A stretch of 64,000 nt of DNA from Candidatus Kapaibacterium sp. (lineage in GTDB: Bacteria > Bacteroidota > Ignavibacteria > Palsa-1295): assembly GCA_038229915.1 (NCBI GenBank), contig JBBRNY010000001.1, forward strand, positions 102,891-166,890, written 5' to 3'. A program made the position numbers and the translations under genes. Below the pieces are notes generated by a model, which did no database searches, was not told the DNA's origin, and was given only the letters and a program-made list of their open reading frames with translations. Below are positions 9,714-20,157 of the stretch, piece by piece. Numbering within the stretch: the first letter of the stretch is position 1; each line of letters begins with the position of its first letter.

Positions 9714-10535
9714 ATGAGAAGTTTATACATTTTTGCATTCCTTTTCGTCACTACGCTATGCTCGGTTGCATCAGCAACGAGCCTGAAGATCGACTCGGTC
9801 TATGCTGATTCGATCTATGCCGAAGGCGTATCCGGTGTGACCTCACCAGAAAGTGCTCTCGGCAAGCCGGATGGTAAGTACGCTCAGATCAGCGGCAACG
9901 CACCCCTGTTTGATCTTGCATTCAGACGTCATAATGGGATCATCGCTAAGCCGATCCTTATTCCAATATTTGCAAAATCAACGATCATTGTTTGGGGAAG
10001 AAAAGACAAAGATGTTGATAGCTCTGCCGGGCAAATGACGCTTTACAAGACCGATCCGTTCGGTGCTCTGGAATACTCAACCGAATTAACTCCGTTCTAT
10101 TTGCAAGACGGCATCAATATCTATCAAGTGCCCGATAGTCAATTTACGTATATGGAGTTTAGTCTCCCTGGTCTTGGCACATCAAACGGCGCAAAGAGTT
10201 ATTCGATCGATGCGGTAGCACTTGTCGAAGACACGTTTGATATTTCAGGTGTCACCCAAAATCAGATATTTGTTCAGCGCTCGTTGGTCAAAGCAAACTA
10301 CCCCAACCCATTCGAGGGCAAGACAACGATCGATTATTCGCTCTTACAAGGCGGGAATATTGAAATGATCGTCGTTGATATCAATGGCATCGAACACGGT
10401 CGCGCCGATCTTGGCTATCAAAACGAAGGCACACATTCTTTCGAGTTTATGACCAATGATCACGGCTTATTCTTCGTCAGATTATTTATTGATGGTGTAC
10501 CGTCAGGCAATCCGCTGAAGATCATTTCGCGTTAA
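9714..10535 (+). CDS. Small secreted protein with T9SS C-terminal sorting domain
   Basis: Signal peptide. C-terminus (KANYPNPFEGKTTIDYSL...IEMIVVDINGIE...GTHSFEF....GLFFVRLFIDG) is a T9SS CTD. Confidence 0.55.
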   Translation: MRSLYIFAFLFVTTLCSVASATSLKIDSVYADSIYAEGVSGVTSPESALGKPDGKYAQISGNAPLFDLAFRRHNGIIAKPILIPIFAKSTIIVWGRKDKDVDSSAGQMTLYKTDPFGALEYSTELTPFYLQDGINIYQVPDSQFTYMEFSLPGLGTSNGAKSYSIDAVALVEDTFDISGVTQNQIFVQRSLVKANYPNPFEGKTTIDYSLLQGGNIEMIVVDINGIEHGRADLGYQNEGTHSFEFMTNDHGLFFVRLFIDGVPSGNPLKIISR

Positions 10536-10556
10536 GTACCGTAGAAGTTCACTATG

Positions 10557-10596
10557 ATCGCAAGCGGTGGCTCACTGCTTGCGATTTTTTATTTTC
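10557..10596 (+). terminator. Rho-independent terminator
   Basis: Perfect 9-bp stem atcgcaagc/gcttgcgat followed by a T-run. Confidence 0.7.
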
Positions 10597-10597
10597 T

Positions 10598-12034
10598 ATG
10601 AGTACATCCATCGTCTGGCTGCGCCGCAATCTTCGTCTTGATGACAACAGAGTTCTTGTTCGTGCAGTGCAGGAATCAGATCACGTCATCCCTGTTTATT
10701 TTTGGGATACCGATCACCTATCGAATCAATGTGCCAATCGCCTCGGATTTATTCTTGAATCGGCTAAAGAATTAACTACTACCTTCGATAGCGCAGGTTC
10801 GCGCCTTCTCATTCGTTGCGGAAACGTTGCCGCAGAACTTGTGAAGCTCGTCAAAGAGACCGGGGCAACGACAGTTCACATTGATCGTAATTACGAAGCA
10901 TACGAGATCAAACGCGATCAAGATTGCAAAAAAGCAATTGCAGAACTTGGTGCCACGTTGATTGAAATAAAAGAGAATGTCCTCTTTGATAGCGGCGAAG
11001 TAAAAACAAAAGAGGGAAAACCTTACACCGTTTTTACACCTTTCAAAAAATCGGTGTGGGAGAGAATTACAACTGAGTCTGTCGAAACAATTACTCCAAA
11101 AGACCTGAAGCCGGCAAAAAATATTTCCTCTTTTGAAAGTCATTCACTCCCTGATCTCGCAGTGTTAGATCGCTCAACACTTTCGCCAGAGAGAATTCAA
11201 TTCGGTGGAAGTAATGAAGCCGAAACACGTTGGGTAATTTTTAAAGAGACGGGAATAAAGAATTACAAAGCGCATCGCGATATACTTGCGATGAGCGTCG
11301 GCACATCGAAACTCTCGCCACATCTGAAATATGGCACCATCTCGATTCGCAAACTTGCTCGTGAAGCATTAGCGCTTTCGCAAGATACTGATTCTGCCGA
11401 GGGGGCGAACACGTATATCAACGAGTTGCTGTGGCGCGAATTCTATTATAATATTTTAATGTCGTTTCCGCAGGTCGAGCACTCGGCATTTCAGAAAAAA
11501 TATGACGGCATTCGTTGGCAGCATAACGATATATATCTTGAAGCATGGAAAGCAGGCAAGACCGGAGTGCCGATCATCGATGCGGCAATGCGCGAACTGC
11601 ACGAAACGGGTTGGATGCACAACCGAGCACGAATGATCGTCGCAAGTTTCTTGACGAAAGATCTTCTCATCAATTGGCAAGAAGGCGAATTGCATTTTAT
11701 GTCGTGGCTCACCGATGGCGACATTGCCCAGAACAACGGTGGCTGGCAATGGTCGGCTTCGACGGGTACTGATGCGCAGCCATATTATCGTATTTTTAAT
11801 CCGTATCTGCAATCAAAACGTTTCGACCCTGATGGAGAGTATATCAAACGATATGTGCCGGAGCTAAAAAACCTTCCGATCAAATTTCTTCACGAGCCGC
11901 ATCTGATGACACCGCTCGATCAAGCGTCGTATGGATGTAGGATAGGCGAAGACTATCCCTTTCCAATAGTTGATCATTATGTGCAACGAGAAAAGGCAAA
12001 AGCGATGTTTGAAGCGTTGAAAGAACGCTTGTAA
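10598..12034 (+). CDS. phrB: Deoxyribodipyrimidine (CPD) photolyase, class I
   Basis: N-terminal photolyase domain plus the FAD-binding domain (WREFYYNIL, GWMHNRARMIVASFL, GGWQWSASTGTDAQPYYRIFNP). Confidence 0.85.
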   Translation: MSTSIVWLRRNLRLDDNRVLVRAVQESDHVIPVYFWDTDHLSNQCANRLGFILESAKELTTTFDSAGSRLLIRCGNVAAELVKLVKETGATTVHIDRNYEAYEIKRDQDCKKAIAELGATLIEIKENVLFDSGEVKTKEGKPYTVFTPFKKSVWERITTESVETITPKDLKPAKNISSFESHSLPDLAVLDRSTLSPERIQFGGSNEAETRWVIFKETGIKNYKAHRDILAMSVGTSKLSPHLKYGTISIRKLAREALALSQDTDSAEGANTYINELLWREFYYNILMSFPQVEHSAFQKKYDGIRWQHNDIYLEAWKAGKTGVPIIDAAMRELHETGWMHNRARMIVASFLTKDLLINWQEGELHFMSWLTDGDIAQNNGGWQWSASTGTDAQPYYRIFNPYLQSKRFDPDGEYIKRYVPELKNLPIKFLHEPHLMTPLDQASYGCRIGEDYPFPIVDHYVQREKAKAMFEALKERL

Positions 12035-12041
12035 AACCGTA

Positions 12042-12260
12042 ATGACATCGAAGCAAATGGTACCACGTCTTGCACTGATCCTGATTTTTCTCTGTGGCTC
12101 GATCTTCGCCTATATCGAGAGCGTCTATATGCGCGACCACGCCGCATTCCTCGGCGATAAAAGCAGTTCGGTCGTTTTTTGGATGTGGGTGTACCGAGCA
12201 ATAGCCGTCGCAAGTTTCTTCGCTGCCTCATTTTTCAGCGGAGCTTTTTTTAGACGGTAG
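12042..12260 (+). CDS. Hypothetical small membrane protein (two predicted TM helices)
   Basis: ORF only; hydrophobic, with no recognisable motif. Confidence 0.25.
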   Translation: MTSKQMVPRLALILIFLCGSIFAYIESVYMRDHAAFLGDKSSSVVFWMWVYRAIAVASFFAASFFSGAFFRR

Positions 12261-12426
12261 CCCTCAACGAAAACTAATACCCCCAATTTGCGGTTTATTA
12301 ACCTGATTATTAAAATATAACGACTATGGTAATATTTTTTGGGGTGATGGTTTTGTCGATGGGAGGCATCGTGTATGTCTGCTTTAAGGACGTGTGGGCA
12401 GAAAAAAAGAAGCTCGCGAAATAAAT

Positions 12427-12813
12427 TTAGAGCGGCAATAGCCCGACCAGGCCGCAAAGGAGCCCAATGAGCGAAGCTCGGACGATCATCGCGTTTCGCT
12501 TTTTTAAGTCCAACTCTTTATAAAGATCATTCACGATCTTAGTTTTTTTCAGATCGATCTCCGTGCTTCTCGTAGTGGCATTGACCACACAAAACTGTTC
12601 TTTTACCTGAAGATAATTCAGTACTGCCCCGAAGCCGAACCCTGCCGCCGCGATTGCCCGAAACACCGGCTCGATGTGCATCACAAACATCCCTACAACA
12701 ACAACAACCCCTGTGACGGCTACGATATAGCCCAGCTTCCTTCGTGCACTGACCCCTGCTGAATCGATATTGCAAACCCCTGGATGATACGTAAATGCTG
12801 TTGCTTTTGCCAT
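12427..12813 (-). CDS. Hypothetical membrane protein
   Basis: Two hydrophobic segments. The internal ATG chosen makes the start abut the upstream gene's stop. Confidence 0.4.
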   Translation of the reverse strand: MAKATAFTYHPGVCNIDSAGVSARRKLGYIVAVTGVVVVVGMFVMHIEPVFRAIAAAGFGFGAVLNYLQVKEQFCVVNATTRSTEIDLKKTKIVNDLYKELDLKKRNAMIVRASLIGLLCGLVGLLPL

Positions 12814-14048
12814 TACTGATAGAGTAAATATTTCTTGCGTTGTATACGAAAACGAGATTCGTCCTGCTTCCATAATGCTATTACGGACTCAGGTGATGTT
12901 GCGGTTTGGAAGGCCTTTAGGATTGCGGTCGTCCCCGTGACCTTCTCGAACATTCGTTTCGATGAAAACACTACAGCCGAATAGGCTTTCGCAAAATTAG
13001 TATCTTTCAGTAATGCTGTGAATATCTTGAATTGTGCTTGATAAAGCGATTTGATCGTGCGAATGTTTTTTGGTAATGTGATCGCAACACCGTGATAGGT
13101 CTTTTGCGAATCGGCATAGGGCACGGTAAAATCTTCCGCATTAATAAATAGCTCCGGTGAGATAGCGCGCTTCGCGGCATCAAGCAACACCTCGGTCGGA
13201 ACAAGTCGCGAGCCGAGTCTGAGAAACGGCGTATCAGAACCGATACCAACCGAGAGCACGCCAAGCTCGCCGATAGCGCCAAACATCGCCGCACCGACGG
13301 CACTTTCGAACGTCGGAATGTTTGGGCTTGGTGCAGTCCAATCAAGTCCGGTCTCGCGCCATGTCATCGTGCGTTTCCAATCGGACATTGCGATCACCGT
13401 TAGCTTGAGTTTTGTAGCTGACTTAAACCACCTCTCACCCACAGCCATTTTCGCAATTTCGCCGAGAGTCATTCCATGAATATACGGGATCGGTACTTGC
13501 CCGACAAACGAGCGAAGTGTTGTATCAAGAATATTACCTTCGATGCGATCACCCCCAATTGGATTAGGACGATCGAGCACTACAAACTCGATCTTGTTTT
13601 CGGCGGCCGCCTCCATCGCAAGGATCATCGTCGAGAGATAGGTATATGGTCTGACGCCAATGTCTTGAATATCAAAGACGAGCACATCAATTCCGCGGAG
13701 CATTTTTTTTGTCGGCTTTCGGGTCGAGCCATACAGCGAATAGACAGGGATGCCGCGATAGCTCGTTGCCGTGTCGCTCGTAGCACCGGCTTTACGAACC
13801 CCCGAAAACCCATGCTCAGGCGAAAAAAGAGCAACCAACTCCAAAGGATTGTCTAAAAACACATCCGGACCAAACTCCCCGTCGTTCGTGCGCGAGGTCT
13901 GGTTACAGATCAAACCGACGGGTTTGGATGACAAGATCGAATGCTCGCTCGATGCCAATAGGTCGAGCCCAGTTTTGGTAAGGCCAATAGCCGAGGACGA
14001 AACAAAGCAGAAAAAAACCGTGAATGCAACAAAGTGAAAGCGTGGCAT
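12813..14048 (-). CDS. DUF1343 family protein (NamZ/YbbC-like exo-beta-N-acetylmuramidase)
   Basis: Signal peptide. Conserved DUF1343 blocks (LFSPEHGF, GIDVLVFDIQDIGVRPYTY, FVVLDRPNPIGG, IPYIHGMTLGE). In-frame ATG at 14048 gives MPRFHFVAFTVFF... Confidence 0.75.
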   Translation of the reverse strand: MPRFHFVAFTVFFCFVSSSAIGLTKTGLDLLASSEHSILSSKPVGLICNQTSRTNDGEFGPDVFLDNPLELVALFSPEHGFSGVRKAGATSDTATSYRGIPVYSLYGSTRKPTKKMLRGIDVLVFDIQDIGVRPYTYLSTMILAMEAAAENKIEFVVLDRPNPIGGDRIEGNILDTTLRSFVGQVPIPYIHGMTLGEIAKMAVGERWFKSATKLKLTVIAMSDWKRTMTWRETGLDWTAPSPNIPTFESAVGAAMFGAIGELGVLSVGIGSDTPFLRLGSRLVPTEVLLDAAKRAISPELFINAEDFTVPYADSQKTYHGVAITLPKNIRTIKSLYQAQFKIFTALLKDTNFAKAYSAVVFSSKRMFEKVTGTTAILKAFQTATSPESVIALWKQDESRFRIQRKKYLLYQ

Positions 14049-14158
14049 TAATTTACTTGATATTTTGTCGTAGTATAACAAGTATAGAGCTTGTGGGTTC
14101 TTTTTGGATGGTTGTTTATCGGGGTGAGATAGCGATTTTAGAAAAACGATAATCACTT

Positions 14159-15154
14159 ATGAATATTTCTTTTTTAGCTATATTTTTTTTAAGTATACTA
14201 TTTGGAAGCTCAACTGCACAATTTCCACGGGTAAGCGGCGCGCCAACTTCAAACAGTTGTTATAGATTTAAAGTGGATCAGCTAACCTATAGTCCACCAT
14301 TAAAAATGGATATGTCGTACCAGACGTTACTAGGGTACATCTATTTTGATAGCCTCTTGAGGAATATTTCAAACTACAAACAGATAGATACCTTTTTAAG
14401 TAAGATCAATAACTTTGATAGACTAAAATATTTTGATGCCTTACTATATGCAATGCAAGATTATGATGCGATCCTTTTCGACGAATTTTGTCTTGCAGCA
14501 AATTCTGTAAATAGCAATTATCACTCCAACCCCCTCGATATTTTGGGGGATTATTATCAGAAAGCAAAAAAAATATCAGTGCCAATTAAACATAAACTGC
14601 TTGTTCTGACCGGGATAATTCAACGGATAAAAATTAAAAACATCACCGAGGATATAGACACATTCTGCCATTCTCCTGTTCATCCATTACCAAAATTATG
14701 TATCACAGCAGAAGTACTGGATACCATAAAAGGAAAACATTTTGTTTCTATAAATTGCAGTACATTAGGGGTGCCTGCAAATCCATGCATCAATTTCTCC
14801 TATTCACCACTTTGGGATTATTCAGGTGAAGAATCAATTGAAATTACACATCTTGTATATGACTCTATTACGGGGACCGCTAGGACGAGGCATCCGTATG
14901 GCTCAAATTTTCTAAAAATTGATTCAGAGTATATATGTTTTCTAGGCGATGTAATGTATGATAATGACGGCCAATTTTCTTATTATAATTATTCGCCTGA
15001 AAGAGCCCCTGGATTACATGGAGGGTTTTTACCTATAAGTTCAAGTGGCTATGTTAAGGACCAAAGCAATATTTTTGGATATGGCACAAGTGTACCCAAA
15101 AGTGTATTTATTGATTCACTCCGCCAAGATATATATTCCATTTTACATCCTTAA
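14159..15154 (+). CDS. Hypothetical secreted Cys-containing protein, encoded in an AT-rich (~33% GC) island
   Basis: Signal peptide (FLAIFFLSILFGSSTAQ). No recognisable family. Strong compositional and codon-usage contrast with neighbours. Confidence 0.5.
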   Translation: MNISFLAIFFLSILFGSSTAQFPRVSGAPTSNSCYRFKVDQLTYSPPLKMDMSYQTLLGYIYFDSLLRNISNYKQIDTFLSKINNFDRLKYFDALLYAMQDYDAILFDEFCLAANSVNSNYHSNPLDILGDYYQKAKKISVPIKHKLLVLTGIIQRIKIKNITEDIDTFCHSPVHPLPKLCITAEVLDTIKGKHFVSINCSTLGVPANPCINFSYSPLWDYSGEESIEITHLVYDSITGTARTRHPYGSNFLKIDSEYICFLGDVMYDNDGQFSYYNYSPERAPGLHGGFLPISSSGYVKDQSNIFGYGTSVPKSVFIDSLRQDIYSILHP

Positions 15155-15159
15155 CAACC

Positions 15160-16701
15160 CTAAACAATCCGCTTCCGCATTCTCGCTACTGGGATGTTCA
15201 TTTGTTCGCGGTATTTGGCAACGGTTCGGCGTGCGAGGTCATAGCCGTCAGCGTGGAGCATATCGGCGAGTTGGTCGTCGGTCAGGGGTTTCATCGGGTC
15301 TTCGCCTTGGATCATTTCTTTGATGCGGCCTTTGACAACTTTGTTCGAGATGAGTTCTGCCGCGACATCAGCGCCATCGCCACCGAGAGGAATAGACTCG
15401 CTGAAGAAATATTTTAATTCATAGACGCCAAAATCACACTGACAATACTTGCCGTTGACCACACGGCAGATCGTCGAAATATCCATCGAGATCTCTTCGG
15501 CAATATTTTTATAGATCAGCGGCTTGAGATACTTTTCGCCTTTGATAAAAAATTCTTCCTGCTTTGCAACGATCGTCTGCATCACCGCCAGCAATGTTTT
15601 GCGTCGCTGATAGTACGCAAGCACAAATGCTTTTGCCGACTCGAATTTCTTATTAATAAATTCTTTTGCATCATCAGAAAGCGGTCTGCCGACTGCGGCT
15701 TTATTCTTCTTCGTCAGCTCTTTATATGACGCATTGATCCTGATAGAAGGCACTCCGCGCTCATTGAGCGTGATAATAAACTCTTTGGAGTCCGGGGTCT
15801 TCTCAATATAAAAATCTGGTGTGATATAACGACGGCTTTCGGCAGATGTTGCCGATGGTGCGCCGGGTTTTGGGTTGAGGCGTTGTACCAGATCAAGCGC
15901 CGGCTTGAGCTCAGCTAATTCTAAATGAAGCTTCTTTGCAAGGAGCTGATAATTCTTTTTAATAAAGAGATCGAAGTGCTCACGAAGAATATTTAATGCA
16001 AGATGTTTTGCCGGATGCTGTTCGCTCATGACCTCAAGTTGCACGAGCAAACACTCTTGCAAATTGCGCGATGCAATGCCGATCGGGTCGAGATGCTGTA
16101 TGCGACGAAGTAATTTTTCCGATTCAGGAATAGTATATTCCTCACCGTAATAGACAGTGGTGTCTTGCACTACTTGATCGAGCGGAATAGCTAAATATCC
16201 GTTCTCGTCAAGCGAGCCAATGATTTCCTCGGCAAGTACGCGTAACCGATTAGAGAGTTCGAGGTGAGAAAGCTGAGTGTTGAGGGATTCTGTTAGCGTT
16301 TCTTCGGCGGCTTGGCCACGATCTTCTCGGTCTTCGTCGTCGTTGTTTCTGAGTCTCGGGGCTTTGAAGCCTTCGAGCTCGTCGTTCATAAAATCTTCGA
16401 GCGAGTAGTCGTTGTCTTTATCGTTATCAGATGAGTCAGCAGTTTGCTGTTGCTCCTGCTCAATTCGGTCGCTGCGGTCATCGGCAGGAGTTGTCGCAAT
16501 GATACTGGATTCGACCGAAGCGCCAAGGGTATCTTCGGGGAGTTCGTCTTCGGGCACTTCTTCGAGCATCGGATTTTCTTCGAGCTCTTCTTTAATGCGC
16601 TCTTCGAGTTGCGCCGACGGAAGTTGCAACAACTTTAAGTATTGCACCTGCACCGGCGTGAGCCGTTGGTGCATACCTTGACGTTGGCGCAATTGGAGCA
16701 T
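15160..16701 (-). CDS. rpoN: RNA polymerase sigma-54 factor RpoN
   Basis: N-terminal Gln-rich activator-interacting region, acidic region, core-binding domain and C-terminal RpoN box (ARRTVAKYRE). Confidence 0.9.
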   Translation of the reverse strand: MLQLRQRQGMHQRLTPVQVQYLKLLQLPSAQLEERIKEELEENPMLEEVPEDELPEDTLGASVESSIIATTPADDRSDRIEQEQQQTADSSDNDKDNDYSLEDFMNDELEGFKAPRLRNNDDEDREDRGQAAEETLTESLNTQLSHLELSNRLRVLAEEIIGSLDENGYLAIPLDQVVQDTTVYYGEEYTIPESEKLLRRIQHLDPIGIASRNLQECLLVQLEVMSEQHPAKHLALNILREHFDLFIKKNYQLLAKKLHLELAELKPALDLVQRLNPKPGAPSATSAESRRYITPDFYIEKTPDSKEFIITLNERGVPSIRINASYKELTKKNKAAVGRPLSDDAKEFINKKFESAKAFVLAYYQRRKTLLAVMQTIVAKQEEFFIKGEKYLKPLIYKNIAEEISMDISTICRVVNGKYCQCDFGVYELKYFFSESIPLGGDGADVAAELISNKVVKGRIKEMIQGEDPMKPLTDDQLADMLHADGYDLARRTVAKYREQMNIPVARMRKRIV

Positions 16702-16768
16702 TCTCTATACTACCCTTCTTTTCGTGTGTTAAGCAAAAATCGTACCAATGTTAATTGATAAATAGGGC

Positions 16769-16804
16769 AAAAAAATTCCGCGATCTATAGAAATCGCGGA
16801 ATTT
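16769..16804 (-). terminator. Rho-independent terminator of the bacilliredoxin gene (minus strand)
   Basis: Perfect 11-bp inverted repeat aattccgcgat/atcgcggaatt, with a run of T on the minus strand. Confidence 0.65.
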
Positions 16805-16828
16805 CGATCATTTCGTAGATCAGCTGAA

Positions 16829-17236
16829 TTATAAAGCGTCTAATGCGCGGGTAATCTCTTCTGCGATCGTTTCGGGCGATTTGCCTTCGATCTGCCAGCG
16901 CTCGAGCATCCAAACAAGCTTGCCATCGCGAATTATCGCCATTTGGGGCGAAGATGGCGGAAAGCCTACGAAGAATTGTCTTGCACGAGCAACAGCTTCA
17001 GTATCGTTGCCGGCTAGTGCGGTGATAAATTTATCCGGCTGTTTGCTATGTTGCATCGCCATTTTCAGTGCCGGTCTGGCACCTCCGGCGGCACAACCAC
17101 AGACTGAATTAATAAACACCAAGGCAGTGCCAGGTGCATTTAATTCGGTTTCAACTCCTTCGGCAGTGCGTACTTCTTTTGCTCCGAGCGAGGTAACCTC
17201 ATCACGAAACGGTTGCACTAAGATCGGGTCATACAT
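16829..17236 (-). CDS. Bacilliredoxin (BrxA/BrxB, YphP/YqiW, DUF1094) thiol-disulfide oxidoreductase
   Basis: CGC active-site motif in INSVCGCAAGGARPA, plus PPSSPQMAII; both align closely with B. subtilis YphP. Confidence 0.8.
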   Translation of the reverse strand: MYDPILVQPFRDEVTSLGAKEVRTAEGVETELNAPGTALVFINSVCGCAAGGARPALKMAMQHSKQPDKFITALAGNDTEAVARARQFFVGFPPSSPQMAIIRDGKLVWMLERWQIEGKSPETIAEEITRALDAL

Positions 17237-17312
17237 ATTAATTTTCCTTTCCTATTTTCAAATATACGGCTCTCTAACAGTAGTATACGTAATTGTGCTC
17301 CGCTGTTACTCG

Positions 17313-17498
17313 CTATTTTTTTATGTAGCCGCCACGCAGTATCCATACAAAGTAATATCCTATCCCAACCGACGCGGCAAGTGATAGAATACCGAGGATC
17401 ATATTACCGTTTTCCCGTGATAATTCTTTGATTCCGAGGAACACAAAGAACACCAGTGCAAAGCCGATCAATATTTTATGTGCCGTTAGTAAACGCAT
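17313..17498 (-). CDS. Hypothetical small membrane protein (61 aa, two TM helices)
   Basis: ORF only. Confidence 0.25.
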   Translation of the reverse strand: MRLLTAHKILIGFALVFFVFLGIKELSRENGNMILGILSLAASVGIGYYFVWILRGGYIKK

Positions 17499-17864
17499 AG
17501 TCGTATAGAGTTAGGTGGTTCTTCACAAGTTCGTGCTTGTCGTATGGATAACATCTGTATCATAATAAATCAATTCATTGATAACTTGTCAGGAACATTG
17601 TGTACGGGTGTTGGTAAAAAAAATGTTAACTGTATAACCTGTAGATAATATCTGTGGATGTGGACGAGGTTCTGTCTATCCACATGTGAACATATACCTT
17701 CATAACTTGTTATCATACTTCTTTAGTGCGGTACTACGCCCTGTGAGTGTTGCGTACACATCGTTATACACATACCCACAGCCTTTATAATAAGTATTAT
17801 TCTTTTTTTAAACTTTTTTAAATAAGAATAATAAATAAGAATACGTTAACAACTCGTCGTTTCT

Positions 17865-19172
17865 ATGAATATATCCATTATCGGTACAGGATATGTAGGA
17901 TTAGTCACCGGAGCAGGTCTTGCTGAAACCGGGCATACAGTAATGTGTATGGATATCGTGCAAGAAAAGATCGAAATGCTTCGCAAAGGCGAAATACCGA
18001 TCTATGAGCCAAGTCTCGAAGAAATGGTACGTTTCAACACGACCGAAGGCCGTTTGAGTTTTACCAATAGTTACGAAGAAGCCGTCGCAAACGCAAAAGT
18101 GATCTTCTTTGCATTACCAACCCCTCAGGGTGATGACGGATCTGCCGATCTTTCGAGGATTATGCAATGTGCCGAAACAATAGCGAAACTCATCACTGAG
18201 CCGACAGTGATCGTCAATAAATCCACAGTCCCTGTCGGAACGGCAGAGAAAGTAAAAAATATTTTTAAAGCACACACCAAGATACCGGTCGAGGTAGTAT
18301 CCAACCCGGAATTTTTGAAAGAAGGTGCAGCCGTACAAGATTTTATGAAGCCCGACCGGATCGTGATCGGCTCTTCGAGCGAAACAGCAATCGAGGTGAT
18401 GCAGGAGCTATACGAGCCATTCGTACGCACCGGAAACCCGATCTATGTTATGGACGAAAAAAGTGCGGAGCTTACCAAGTATGCCGCAAATGCGATGCTC
18501 GCAGTTCGTATCTCTTTTATGAACGAGATCGCAAATATTTGTGATCGTGTTGGCGCTGATGTCGATAAAGTGCGCAAAGGTATTGGCTCGGATGCACGTA
18601 TCGGTCCGCAATTTCTTTTTCCCGGAGTTGGATATGGTGGTAGTTGCTTCCCGAAAGATGTGAGCGCAATTGTAAAGACGGCGCAGGATTATGATTACGA
18701 ATTTAAAATATTGAAATCGGTTCAGGAAGTTAATGTTCTTCAGAAAAAAATTCTGGTGCAAAAAATTCTTGAGCACTATAAAGGGAATATCTCCGGAAAG
18801 ACTTTTGCCTTGTGGGGTTTATCATTCAAACCAAAGACCGATGATATTCGCGAAGCACCAGCAATCGAGATCATCAAAGCATTGATAGCCCACGGAGCAA
18901 AAGTACAAGCCAGTGATCCGGTAGCTATCGAGGCAGTAATGAAAATTTTACCGGAGACCGATCAGCTCCGCTATCGCAGAAGAAACACGAAAACGCTCGA
19001 AGGTGCCGATGCATTGGTTGTCGTGACCGAATGGAATGAATTCCGCAACCCGGATCTTACAATGCTCGCCAGTTCACTCAACGATAAAGTGATATTTGAC
19101 GGAAGAAATATCTATGATCCGGAAAAGATCAAAGAGCACGGATTGATGTATTACGGAATCGGAAGACGCTAA
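17865..19172 (+). CDS. ugd: UDP-glucose 6-dehydrogenase
   Basis: N-terminal Rossmann IIGTGYVGLVTG and catalytic GGSCFPKD motif; length 435 aa. Confidence 0.9.
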   Translation: MNISIIGTGYVGLVTGAGLAETGHTVMCMDIVQEKIEMLRKGEIPIYEPSLEEMVRFNTTEGRLSFTNSYEEAVANAKVIFFALPTPQGDDGSADLSRIMQCAETIAKLITEPTVIVNKSTVPVGTAEKVKNIFKAHTKIPVEVVSNPEFLKEGAAVQDFMKPDRIVIGSSSETAIEVMQELYEPFVRTGNPIYVMDEKSAELTKYAANAMLAVRISFMNEIANICDRVGADVDKVRKGIGSDARIGPQFLFPGVGYGGSCFPKDVSAIVKTAQDYDYEFKILKSVQEVNVLQKKILVQKILEHYKGNISGKTFALWGLSFKPKTDDIREAPAIEIIKALIAHGAKVQASDPVAIEAVMKILPETDQLRYRRRNTKTLEGADALVVVTEWNEFRNPDLTMLASSLNDKVIFDGRNIYDPEKIKEHGLMYYGIGRR

Positions 19173-19218
19173 TTTATATTTGTTGTTACTGTATATCCAA
19201 TAACTGGAAAATTTTCTC

Positions 19219-20157
19219 ATGCCACGCACACTCATCACCGGCGGAGCCGGATTTCTCGGAAGTCATCTTTGTGAACGCTTTGTCGCCGAAGGGCACGAAG
19301 TGATCTGCATGGATAATCTTGTCACCGGCAGTGCGGATAATATTGCGCATCTGATGGCGAAACCGAATTTTTCGTTCGTGCATTATGACGTGACGAATTA
19401 TATTCATATCGAAGGCAAACTCGATTATATTCTTCATTTCGCATCGCCCGCATCACCGATCGACTATCTCAAGCTCCCTATCCAGACCCTCAAGGTAGGC
19501 TCTATCGGCACGCACAAGGCACTCGGACTCGCCAAAGCAAAGAATGCACGGCTCCTCCTGGCTTCGACCAGTGAGACCTACGGCGACCCCGCGATTCATC
19601 CGCAACCCGAGACGTATTGGGGCAACGTCAACCCCATCGGCATTCGTGGTGTTTATGACGAAGCCAAACGCTTTGCCGAAGCACTCACTATGGCGTATCA
19701 TCGCTATCATCAAGTTGATACTCGCATTATTAGAATATTTAACACCTATGGCGAAAGGATGCGCATTCACGATGGCCGCGCTATCCCTGCGTTCGTGACA
19801 CAAGCGCTTCGCAATGAGCCGATCACGGTGTTTGGCAGTGGCGAGCAAACCAGAAGTGTCTGTTATGTCAGCGATCTTGTCGAAGGTATCTATCGCTTGC
19901 TGATGAGCGACTATAACAATCCAGTGAACATCGGCAACCCCGACGAAGTAACAATGCTCGAACTCGCCAGGGAGATCAAAGCAATGATACCCGAATCGAC
20001 AAGCGAGATCATTTTTATGCCCCTACCACAAGACGACCCTCAAGTTCGCCAACCGGACATTACGCTTGCAAAAAGCTTATTAGGTTGGCAACCGACGATA
20101 GACAGAAAAATTGGACTCGAAAAAACGATCCAATATTTTAGAAAAGCACTCAGTTGA
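19219..20157 (+). CDS. uxs: UDP-glucuronate decarboxylase (UDP-xylose synthase family SDR)
   Basis: [10 protein letters not shown] Rossmann and YDEAKR catalytic motif; strong overall UXS-like pattern ([28 protein letters not shown]). Confidence 0.85.
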   Translation: MPRTLITGGAGFLGSHLCERFVAEGHEVICMDNLVTGSADNIAHLMAKPNFSFVHYDVTNYIHIEGKLDYILHFASPASPIDYLKLPIQTLKVGSIGTHKALGLAKAKNARLLLASTSETYGDPAIHPQPETYWGNVNPIGIRGVYDEAKRFAEALTMAYHRYHQVDTRIIRIFNTYGERMRIHDGRAIPAFVTQALRNEPITVFGSGEQTRSVCYVSDLVEGIYRLLMSDYNNPVNIGNPDEVTMLELAREIKAMIPESTSEIIFMPLPQDDPQVRQPDITLAKSLLGWQPTIDRKIGLEKTIQYFRKALS

